From Lysobacteraceae bacterium (GTDB lineage Bacteria > Bdellovibrionota > UBA1018 > JAGTJX01): a stretch of 32,000 nt of DNA. Positions within the stretch are counted from its first letter, which is position 1. The number at the start of each line of letters is the position of its first letter. Below are positions 19,354 through 26,797 of this stretch, one piece after another. The notes under the pieces were generated by a model. It did not search any database. It had not been told where the DNA came from and worked only from the letters and a program-made list of their open reading frames with translations. The DNA lies in contig JAGTJX010000004.1 in NCBI GenBank assembly GCA_023657465.1, forward strand, positions 18,053-50,052, read 5' to 3'. Position numbers and translations under genes: made by a program.

Positions 19354-20517
19354 TCAAAACATTGCGCTTACGCCAAGACCGATTTCGATACCCGAAACAC
19401 TTCCTGCGCTTGTTCCACTCAGGAACGCTGTAGCAGGTGGTCTGTAGCCTAAGCTCACTGGAACTGCCCAGTGCTTACCAAAACGCCATTCATAGCCAAT
19501 GCGACCAATTGCACCTAAGAATCCAGATGCATAAGTGCCGCCAGCTGCGATAAAAAGACTGTTTCTAGCCTTGTTATAGCTTTCAATTTCTCCCCAGAGA
19601 TTCCACGCATGAACGAAAAGGAGTGTGAGGTTGAAGCCAGAGTAGAGATTGACTGTACCTGCAGTAGGAGTCACACCCATTAGCGTGTTAACGTCCATCA
19701 TGTAGTTCATTTCAAAACCGACTTCCTTCTTGCGATTGTCGTAACGTTCTACCATTCTAAATGCGAATCCAAGAACGCTTGAATAAGTTCCTACGTTTGC
19801 TTGATAGAAGTAATAGAGAGTTGGGCGATACATCACAGTAGGCGCGAATTCGATTTGATCCGTTTTAGGATTGATCTGATTGAAATCAACTCCACGACGG
19901 AATGCAGTGGCACGGGAAGTTTCAGAGTTATAACTCTTAGACCATGCAACAGTGCCTGTTTCGGCGTCTACTATATAGAAAGAAATGAGCATTCCAGAGG
20001 GTTGATAAGAAAATGCAATGTCCATGAAGTTTTCAATTCCAGACATTTTTGCAATTCTCGCTAATTGTACAGAGTTTCCATCAGTATTACTGATCACAAC
20101 ATTATCACCAAAAATATTTGCACTTTTTGCCTTACAAGGAAGACATTGAATCATTCTGGTTTTTGAGTTTCTGACAATTTTTTCACTGGTGACTAATTCT
20201 AAGTGCTGTCTGAATGACGGCGGTACGTTCTCACTGACTCCGATGTTTCGGATAGTGAGATTCTTCAGTCCTGAGACTTGTCCGTTTTTTACGTCGTACT
20301 CGAAGTCTGCAATCGTCTCTTCTAAGACTTGGTAGAAACTTCTAAATTTTTTGTCTTTATCTTTTTCCAAACCTAGCTTCGAACCAGTGGTTTCTGGAGC
20401 AGTGTCTTTTTGTAAACTCACGTTAGGCTCCGTCTCGTCAGATTTTGGTGCTACCTGTGCGTAGAGATATCCTGAAGTGATTAAGGCGATAAGCAAAATC
20501 AATAGATGCGAGCGCAC
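19354..20517 (-). CDS. Exported protein: N-terminal CsgG/FlgO-like domain (tentative) plus C-terminal beta-barrel-like region
   Basis: Signal peptide; IAFSYQPSGMLISFYIVDAETGTVAWSKSYNSETSRA; C-terminal half of alternating aromatic/hydrophobic strands ending ...SAMF (terminal Phe). Confidence 0.6.
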   Translation of the reverse strand: MRSHLLILLIALITSGYLYAQVAPKSDETEPNVSLQKDTAPETTGSKLGLEKDKDKKFRSFYQVLEETIADFEYDVKNGQVSGLKNLTIRNIGVSENVPPSFRQHLELVTSEKIVRNSKTRMIQCLPCKAKSANIFGDNVVISNTDGNSVQLARIAKMSGIENFMDIAFSYQPSGMLISFYIVDAETGTVAWSKSYNSETSRATAFRRGVDFNQINPKTDQIEFAPTVMYRPTLYYFYQANVGTYSSVLGFAFRMVERYDNRKKEVGFEMNYMMDVNTLMGVTPTAGTVNLYSGFNLTLLFVHAWNLWGEIESYNKARNSLFIAAGGTYASGFLGAIGRIGYEWRFGKHWAVPVSLGYRPPATAFLSGTSAGSVSGIEIGLGVSAMF

Positions 20518-20844
20518 AAAGATTGTGCTCCTTCCTCAGATATCTCTTCGGACACAGGAGCTTGTGCTTAAGGACAAAGTAATTAATCTTGGGATTTAGT
20601 TAGTATTAGGTTGAAAATCGACATTTTTTTGTCAGTTCAGTGTGATTTACGTTTCTATTAAAAGTTAGAAGGAACAAGCGATGATCTGTATTCCTTAATA
20701 GAAAACGGCCTCAAAAATTGGAACGTTATTTAATAGAGATAGAAGGAGCCTGAATTTCTAGGCTCATTTTGAGAGTAGTGACTATATTTTACTCAAATAC
20801 ACATAATGGCAAAATCTACATCCCGGAAATAAGTAAATTCTAAG

Positions 20845-21042
20845 GTGAATTGTTTGAAAGATACGATTGTTAAGATGTTTCGTTCTTCATTCAAAAAGGT
20901 CGATAAAAAGTATATGGGAGTTCATTTGGTCATTCGCAATTTTCTTTATTGGATAACAGGTAATTCAGATAAACGTTTTTATGATATCTTTAATACAAAC
21001 AAGATAAAATTCAAATCTATAGATTCTGAAGAAAGCTTATGA
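20845..21042 (+). CDS. Small hypothetical protein
   Basis: 65 aa ORF with ATGA overlap to the next ORF; no homology recognised. Confidence 0.35.
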   Translation: MNCLKDTIVKMFRSSFKKVDKKYMGVHLVIRNFLYWITGNSDKRFYDIFNTNKIKFKSIDSEESL

Positions 21043-21281
21043 TTTTTATAAGCCAACAAAAATTCACTACATTAACCAATGCAATGCTCCTTGTATTTTG
21101 TATTAGTTTTACTGGGATATTCGTACCCATAATTTCTTATTTCATGCAAAAAAAATGGTTTCCCTCAAAATACTCAAATTTGAATGCAGGTCTTCGAACA
21201 GAAGCAATACTAGTAGAATCCACAAGTAATAAGCGAGCAGTTGCAAGCCAGGTGAAACAACCTAAAAAAGTCCGGCGTTAA
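21039..21281 (+). CDS. Small membrane protein, possibly frameshifted near its 3' end
   Basis: One TM-like segment (AMLLVFCISFTGIFVPIISYFM). A coding-like continuation lies in the -1 frame to 21463. Confidence 0.4.
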   Translation: MIFISQQKFTTLTNAMLLVFCISFTGIFVPIISYFMQKKWFPSKYSNLNAGLRTEAILVESTSNKRAVASQVKQPKKVRR

Positions 21282-21467
21282 GTCGGCCGATAATCAATAA
21301 GAATATTGCTACATCTCCAGCTAAGGAAGATTCCAAAGCTGAAAACCTTGCCGAAGCAGAAGCTCAAATAGCAGAAATCAAAACCGATCCTGAGTTTGAG
21401 CAGCTGTTTGGAGGCAATAGTGATTGGTTTTACAGAAGCTTTAGTTTTTGGAAAAATACTTGATGCA

Positions 21468-21511
21468 TTATTTGCAATTAATATTTGTTGGGTTATTTGC
21501 AATTAATATTT
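21468..21511 (+). repeat. Tandem pair of a 19-bp direct repeat
   Basis: TTATTTGCAATTAATATTT at 21468-21486 and 21493-21511. Confidence 0.9.
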
Positions 21512-21559
21512 TTATCAAAATGAAATTCTGTAACTAGATTTTGTTCTTTTGATGCTACC

Positions 21560-21703
21560 TCAGCTAACCAACTCATCGTCTGGCACGCTTTGAAGAAGTG
21601 TCTCAATGGCATCCGCCTTTTCCTGGGTCACAAGAAAAAGCTTTCTCTTAGTTTCACTTTTAATCGCAACCTCAATAAGGCGCGTTTTCACGACTACCGA
21701 CAT
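21560..21703 (-). pseudogene. Truncated N-terminal part of an antitoxin-like protein
   Basis: Translated by hand: MSVVVKTRLIEVAIKSETKRKLFLVTQEKADAIETLLQSVPDDELVS*, resembling the N-terminus of HTH antitoxins, with no HTH before the stop. Confidence 0.45.
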
Positions 21704-21948
21704 AAGTTACCTCCACTATTTTAACTTCGTTATTCACTACTTCCCAAACAGCAACATAGCTATAATTCAAATGGCAGTGATGAGTTCCATCAGTAAGTTT
21801 TGGATAGTTAGGTCAATTCACAGCGAACTGGACCGTTTGCCATGATATTGGCGATCAGGATCTGAAGTAATTCCCGAACATTTTTGGGCAGTTTACTTGG
21901 ACCTTTTACAGCCTTTTTCTTGGTTTTAACTGTCCAGGTCAACTTTAT
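21672..21948 (-). pseudogene. Frameshifted RelE/HigB-like toxin remnant
   Basis: LTWTVKTKKKAVKGPSKLPKNVRELLQILIANIMANGPVR in one frame, then NYPKLTDGTHHCHLNYSYVAVWEVVNNEVKIVEVTYVGSRENAPY* in another. One frame change plus a TGA lie at the junction. Confidence 0.7.
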
Positions 21949-21961
21949 TTCTAGTAAAAAA

Positions 21962-22141
21962 CTAAGCTCTCTTTTTACCAGGAGGGGAAGCCAATATTTT
22001 TTTAGCTTCCTCTAAATCCACCAGCTGATCAGTAACGTAGCGATGAATCACTGAGCCCACTAAGGTTTGGTAGGGAAGTCCATGCTTGAGCGCTAGCTTC
22101 TGTAACTTGAGCAAGTCCTCTTCTGGCAAACGAATGTTCAT
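21962..22141 (-). CDS. CopG-like antitoxin (59 aa, below the ORF-track cutoff)
   Basis: Hand translation: MNIRLPEEDLLKLQKLALKHGLPYQTLVGSVIHRYVTDQLVDLEEAKKILASPPGKKRA*. The same frame reads ...SSKSERMNIRLPEED upstream. Confidence 0.65.
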   Translation of the reverse strand: MNIRLPEEDLLKLQKLALKHGLPYQTLVGSVIHRYVTDQLVDLEEAKKILASPPGKKRA

Positions 22142-22254
22142 ACGTTCAGATTTTGAGCTCTTAGAAGACCGAACTATTAGATTTGCTCGTTAAATCGAAG
22201 AGTTTTGATCCGAGCATTGCTTGGAAAACATTGGATGAATGAGAGCCGTACATA

Positions 22255-22323
22255 TTTCGCTAAAAGCGAAGGATAGGCCATTCTCATTTAGTGAAACTGA
22301 CTCTTATTTCGTTTTTAGCGAAA
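22255..22323. promoter_or_regulatory. Spaced inverted repeat upstream of the 22343 gene
   Basis: TTTCGCTAAAAgCGAA (22255-22270) and TTTCGTTTTTAGCGAAA (22307-22323). Confidence 0.5.
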
Positions 22324-22342
22324 CATAGTGAAAAGGAAGTGT

Positions 22343-23044
22343 ATGAATAGAAATTTTTTATTGGTTTTAATGAGCATCACAGCATCTGCCTTCGCTCAAG
22401 AGCCATTCAATGCTTTATCTAGTTATAATAACGAGACTCATCCCATTTTACTTACAATTGAATTGCAAGAGACTAAGTCTTGGAAAGAAACAAACTCAAC
22501 AACTATAGCAAATATTTATGCTGATGAATCTGAGGAAGAGGTGGCACATAAATTACTTTTTCATAAGAAACATAATTTAATTGAAAATAAACTTTCTAAG
22601 TATCCTGTTTATGAAAGTATTAAGTCCATAATGGTGAATGCTAGAGAAGAAATTTATAGAACAATGCCTCAATCAATCACGAGAAAGACAATTTCAGAAC
22701 ATGGAACTGAATACCCAGTAATTATTGCTGATTTCAACCTTTTAGAAAATAAAGTGAGACTTTATTTATCAAGCAGCTCTAACTACAACGTAGAATTTGA
22801 TAGAATGTTACAAATTAGAAGAGATCGAATGAATGTTCTTGCTGGAACTAACTTCAGAATGGCACCTCCCACTCCAGGCGTTCCTCCGATTGAAAAAATT
22901 AATTTAAACGAAACACTAACTACTGAAGATAAAACTAAAATCACTAAACAATTAATAGATGCTATTCATTCTGCTTTTTCAATTACTATCAATACTTTTG
23001 AGTTTAATGAAAAATTGAGAACTACCATTGATTTGTTTAGTTAA
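22343..23044 (+). CDS. Small exported hypothetical protein
   Basis: MNRNFLLVLMSITASAFAQ signal peptide; RBS-like aaaaggaagt upstream of 22343. Confidence 0.65.
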   Translation: MNRNFLLVLMSITASAFAQEPFNALSSYNNETHPILLTIELQETKSWKETNSTTIANIYADESEEEVAHKLLFHKKHNLIENKLSKYPVYESIKSIMVNAREEIYRTMPQSITRKTISEHGTEYPVIIADFNLLENKVRLYLSSSSNYNVEFDRMLQIRRDRMNVLAGTNFRMAPPTPGVPPIEKINLNETLTTEDKTKITKQLIDAIHSAFSITINTFEFNEKLRTTIDLFS

Positions 23045-23266
23045 AAAATACTTAACCCTGATCACTAGCTCGCTTGATGCGTACTAAAGTAAAAGATTAA
23101 AATCACAAAAACGGGCCAAACAGAGCAGAGTGAGCGGGAAACAACGAAGTTGTTTCGTGCGATGCTCCAAATCTTGAGAGCTCCAGGTTTAAGCTGTACC
23201 CCTTCTAACCAAGAAGCACTGCAGCTACAGAACCCCTTCTGAAATAGCATTGACAGATGAACATTA

Positions 23267-23295
23267 GATTGTTACACAGCGATTAGATTTTAAAT
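23267..23295 (+). repeat. 29-bp promoter-like direct repeat, copy 1
   Basis: GATTGTTACACAGCGATTAGATTTTAAAT, exact match to 23642-23670. Confidence 0.9.
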
Positions 23296-23325
23296 ATTAA
23301 ACAGATAACTGAAGGGGAAAACTCA

Positions 23326-23616
23326 ATGAAAAATATATTTTTTGGAATGCTCGCTCTCGCTAGTTCAACTCAAGCGTTCGCCGCTTGGCCTGAAACACAG
23401 TTGTTTTGTAAAAACGGAAAACTCTACGGAATCATCTATAACAATGATCCATTTATTGTTACGGAGTTTACCAATCAGAAAGAGTGTTCAAACAGCTTCG
23501 TGAATAGAAAATATTGCAAGGAAGCCAACATGCACGTCGTCTATGTCAAAGATGATCAAGCAGTAGAACACTATGCTACTCAAGACGAATGTCGCGAGGC
23601 TATTGGTAAAAATTAA
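23326..23616 (+). CDS. Small exported cysteine-containing protein
   Basis: MKNIFFGMLALASSTQAFA signal peptide, RBS aagggg; 96 aa with 5 Cys in the mature part. Confidence 0.7.
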   Translation: MKNIFFGMLALASSTQAFAAWPETQLFCKNGKLYGIIYNNDPFIVTEFTNQKECSNSFVNRKYCKEANMHVVYVKDDQAVEHYATQDECREAIGKN

Positions 23617-23641
23617 CCTATAGAGATATAAAAGAACGTAG

Positions 23642-23670
23642 GATTGTTACACAGCGATTAGATTTTAAAT
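23642..23670 (+). repeat. 29-bp promoter-like direct repeat, copy 2
   Basis: Exact copy of 23267-23295, again just upstream of an exported small protein gene. Confidence 0.9.
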
Positions 23671-23693
23671 TATTGGTTTTAGGAGTACTGAAT

Positions 23694-24098
23694 ATGAAAA
23701 ATATCCTGTCGATAATTTTATTTTTATCAAGCCTGAGTGCTTTTGCCTATGAGTACCCTGCTGCAAAAAGAGATCGTCCAATTATCGAAAAAGCCTTGAA
23801 TATGTACGACATTTCATTTGATGAACTCAAGTTCCCTTTAAAACGTCAGATTTTTACAGGAACCATGACTGCTTTAACTAAAATTCCAGAACTTGTTTCA
23901 TTTTTGACTGGTCTAGGCGATCAGCATTTCGTCACTCTCCATGTTATTGAAGGAAAGTTTAATCATGAGCAAAAGACATGCATCGCATATGTGCAGTTGA
24001 ACTTTGATAATACTCAAGAAGTTGAAATTGCAAATTGTGGCACTCATTACACTGACTTTTTCAGTTCCAAAAGATTAGTTCCACTCACTAGACCCTGA
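23694..24098 (+). CDS. Small exported hypothetical protein
   Basis: MKNILSIILFLSSLSAFA signal peptide; start at internal Met preceded by ttaggag. Confidence 0.65.
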   Translation: MKNILSIILFLSSLSAFAYEYPAAKRDRPIIEKALNMYDISFDELKFPLKRQIFTGTMTALTKIPELVSFLTGLGDQHFVTLHVIEGKFNHEQKTCIAYVQLNFDNTQEVEIANCGTHYTDFFSSKRLVPLTRP

Positions 24099-24100
24099 TT

Positions 24101-24187
24101 ACATGAGCGCTGTTTGCTCATTAATTTAAAGAACTTAACGTGCACCCGAAGGCCTAATTGACATTCGGGCGTTTCCATTTCTATGAA
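24101..24187 (+). repeat. Dispersed 3' module copy 1 (tandem hairpins, terminator-like)
   Basis: TGAGCGctgtttGCTCA then CCCGAAggcctaattgacaTTCGGGCGTTTCCATTTCTATGAAA; shared with 27357, 28799 and 29297. Confidence 0.75.
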
Positions 24188-24191
24188 ATAA

Positions 24192-24644
24192 CGCTCCCCA
24201 CTCTCCGCCCCAGTTGATGCATCTGACTGGTATATCAGTGATCGATTATCAGAAAAGCTAAAGAGTTATCCAATGGCGGATTTAGTTCCCTATCGAAACT
24301 ATTATCTAAAGCATATTTGGAATCGAGCAAAGTTCTATAACGGTCTCTCGAAGAAAGTGTTGGGAAGAGAAGTAAAGCATACGCTACTGATTCATCACAA
24401 TCTACTTAACGCTCTTTTCTTAGATGATTTATTGGCTATGTTTAAGAAGAATGGGTGGAAAATCATCTCTGCTGAAAGTGCATTTTCTGATCCTATCTTT
24501 AAAACTGAAGCAAAAATAGCCCCAGCTGGAGAAAGCATTTTATGGGCACTTGCTAAGGAAACGGGTAAATTTGAATCAATATTACGTTATCCGGCAGAGG
24601 ATAGTGACTATGAAAAACCAGAAATGGATCGACTCGGACTTTAA
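24192..24644 (+). pseudogene. C-terminal fragment of a polysaccharide (NodB-family-like) deacetylase
   Basis: VDASDWYISDRLSEKL...HTLLIHHNLLNALFLDDLLAMFKKNGWKIISAESAFSD...RYPAEDSDYEKPEMDRLGL resembles the C-terminal end only; catalytic N-terminus absent. Confidence 0.55.
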
Positions 24645-24704
24645 GAAATTCGACTAAATTTGCGGAACCTTCCTATAGCATGGGTCTCTATTTCAAGTGT
24701 CCTC

Positions 24705-25007
24705 TCAAGCAACTTTCAGCCTGTAATCAGGATTGATCTTTGAATAAAGCCTGATGAGCTTATCAGTGCTAAATCGGGTAATCCGATGATTGAATATCCT
24801 GCTCATATCAGCCTTGGTAATGCCTAAAAATTTTGCCATCGCAACGGCACTTAATTCATGTTGCTGAGAGTACTTAAGAAGGTCCTGGCAAATCTGGAAT
24901 CGAAATCTAGCTAGCTCATCGGCGTCAGGCGATAGCATGAGAAAGCCAGGTTTCTTGCTAAGTTTTGCTCTGATTTTTGATAATTCCTTTTTACTTGGAA
25001 AACCCAT
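24705..25007 (-). CDS. XRE/HigA-like HTH antitoxin
   Basis: LSAVAMAKFLGITKADMSRIFNHRITRFSTDKLIRLYSKINPD; located 3 bp downstream of the toxin-like ORF. Confidence 0.72.
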   Translation of the reverse strand: MGFPSKKELSKIRAKLSKKPGFLMLSPDADELARFRFQICQDLLKYSQQHELSAVAMAKFLGITKADMSRIFNHRITRFSTDKLIRLYSKINPDYRLKVA

Positions 25008-25010
25008 TCC

Positions 25011-25300
25011 TTACTTCCTCCTATATGCGTTGACGACTCCAATATAAAGCTCATCACCTTCTAATAACCAAACTAACTTGTAGTTTTTTCCTTCAAGTCT
25101 CAGTTGGTCGGTAACAAAATACTCATAAGGTTCGTCGCTGTCTTGAACGGGATAAGTACCTCCGTCTAGTAATTTTACAAGCTTTACGACCAACTCATCA
25201 TTAATTACATTTTTATGTTAAACCTCATAGTGAGCGTCAATAACGACCTTATGGATCGGTCGAGAGTTTACGGTAATATTGATTGCGTATTCACGGCGAT
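25011..25300 (-). pseudogene. RelE/HigB-like toxin remnant with in-frame TAA
   Basis: Hand translation upstream of the track ORF: RREYAINITVNSRPIHKVVIDAHYEV*HKNVINDELVVKLVKLLDGGTYPVQDSDEPYEYFVTDQLRLEGKNYKLVWLLEGDELYIGVVNAYRRK. Same frame, one internal stop, no Met start. Upstream boundary approximate. Confidence 0.6.
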
Positions 25301-25442
25301 CCAAACATCCTAAAGTAGCATAATGTTGTCATATTTGACAACATCTATTTCTAGTTGGCTTTACGTGGTTTACCGGAAATAACTTCGTCACTTCAACTAG
25401 CCCGCTTAATGGATAGAATGTCCATTTAATCCGGTAAATAGC

Positions 25443-25772
25443 TCATGAGACTGGAGTGATCTCTGCGATGGCACGACCATGCTTTAGTAATCGCACAGTA
25501 TTTCCTCTCAGTACTTGATCGAGGATCTCTCCTGTTTTGTTCTTCAATTCAGTTGCCGAATAGCTCAGTATATTCTTTTTTAATTCAGCAATGACCCAGG
25601 ATTCGAGTTTAAGTAGCGACTGTACGGGTAGGGCGCTCTCAGACATGAGTCCGTCGTTTAAAATAAAATGCATCGCGACTGAAAACTCAATCCCAGGAAA
25701 ATAACCCTCGGAAATTTTCATTTTTAGATTTTCAATCAGATCAGGATTTAATATCTGCGACAATGTATTCAT
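25443..25772 (-). CDS. Phd/YefM-like antitoxin with N-terminal extension
   Basis: C-terminal YSATELKNKTGEILDQVLRGNTVRLLKHGRAIAEI. ATG at 25772 is preceded by AAGGAGTGAAC; the 25916 start overlaps fic. Confidence 0.72.
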   Translation of the reverse strand: MNTLSQILNPDLIENLKMKISEGYFPGIEFSVAMHFILNDGLMSESALPVQSLLKLESWVIAELKKNILSYSATELKNKTGEILDQVLRGNTVRLLKHGRAIAEITPVS

Positions 25773-25783
25773 AAGTTCACTCC

Positions 25784-26413
25784 TTATTCTTTTGAAATGC
25801 GTTTTTTGAAAAACCGCTCTAATTGTGAGAGGTCGCCCGAGTTGGCAGCTTCTAGTGCTCTCAGATGCTCGACTTTGTCCTTCAGTTTGAAAGTGAACAA
25901 GCTTTTGAATTTCCAATGCAGCCAGTACGCCATCAAAACCCTGCCTATTCGCCCATTGCCGTCTTGGAAAGGATGAATGCTCTGAAAAGAATAATAAAGC
26001 TCTGCTATTTGATTTCGGTCATGAGGATCACGATTGTAAAGCTTGATCCATTCCTGCATTGCAGTCTGAACTTTTGATGGACTGACATAATCAAACCTGC
26101 TCCCGTCTGAGCGAAAGGTATAGTTTTCGATCGATTTCCATTTGCCATGATCTCCAGAGAATCCAGTAAAGAGTTTCTGATGAAAACTCTGAATCAAGTC
26201 TATCGAAACATAAGGGCTTTTTTGTAATTCATGAATCAGCCATTCGACTGCAGATCTATAGTTGAGGAGTTCTCTGGCTTCAGAGATGGGGTGACCAAGT
26301 ACAGTCCTGCCAGCCAAGATCTCGCGAGACTCCTGTTCGGTCAATGTTGAGCCTTCGACGAGAGTGGACCCGATCAATAAGGCATCTTCAAGATCTTCAA
26401 GCTTCCACTTCAT
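25784..26413 (-). CDS. fic: Fic-domain protein (putative AMP transferase or toxin)
   Basis: Fic motif IHPFQDGNGRIGRVL; N-terminal inhibitory-type motif STLVEG ((S/T)xxxE(G/N)). Start at 26413 (MKWKLED). Confidence 0.88.
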   Translation of the reverse strand: MKWKLEDLEDALLIGSTLVEGSTLTEQESREILAGRTVLGHPISEARELLNYRSAVEWLIHELQKSPYVSIDLIQSFHQKLFTGFSGDHGKWKSIENYTFRSDGSRFDYVSPSKVQTAMQEWIKLYNRDPHDRNQIAELYYSFQSIHPFQDGNGRIGRVLMAYWLHWKFKSLFTFKLKDKVEHLRALEAANSGDLSQLERFFKKRISKE

Positions 26414-26453
26414 ATTGACTATATTAGCTAAAAAAGCTAATATAGTCAATATG
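26411..26453. promoter_or_regulatory. Perfect 19-bp inverted repeat forming a symmetric divergent promoter/operator at the fic start codon
   Basis: CATATTGACTATATTAGCT-AAAAA-AGCTAATATAGTCAATATG; each strand reads TTGACT-17 bp-TAATAT-AGTCAAT-ATG. Confidence 0.85.
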
Positions 26454-26547
26454 GTGTGAATACTTCGTCAGAGTGCCTTTAATGGGATCAGAACACTTGC
26501 CTGTTTTTTTTACAATCGTAGGACTTACACCGACTGGTTTGCACCAT

Positions 26548-26740
26548 CCGCCAAATCAACTAAATCGCTTAATGAGAATAATGGCAAGTATTTCCAGTAA
26601 AAGTGGGTGAGCGAGAATGAGCGTTATTGAATAGAAGGCTTGTTACAATACCCTACGGCGCCGCGCTTGACTGAGTATGTTAGAGTCGCTATTTAACTTT
26701 TGTTTACTAAATGAAAGAAAATGGATTCAAAACACGAATC
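26548..26740 (+). repeat. Dispersed 5' module copy A, including promoter TTGACT-17-TATTTA (26667-26695)
   Basis: AACTAAATCGCTTAATGAGAATAATGGCAAGTATTTCCAGTAAAAG...GAGCGTTATTGAATAGAA; shared with 28201-28380, 28919-29150 and partly 31205-31255. Confidence 0.8.
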
Positions 26741-26797
26741 ATATCTACTGGTCTAAAACCCTTGAACTTTAGTCGAGAATGAAATACTAGACTCAGC

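Noticed and set aside
21278-21502. Minus-strand 74-aa ORF
   Set aside because: The opposite strand carries a more protein-like reading frame (KEDSKAENLAEAEAQIAEIKTDPEFEQLFGG...).
21606-21845. Plus-strand 79-aa ORF
   Set aside because: Antisense to the recognisable RelE-like toxin remnant and antitoxin-like fragment.
23065-23250. Minus-strand 61-aa ORF and the GAAACAAC-GAA-GTTGTTTC hairpin inside it
   Set aside because: No domain recognised. The 8-bp hairpin has no T tract and may be incidental, so it is not called.
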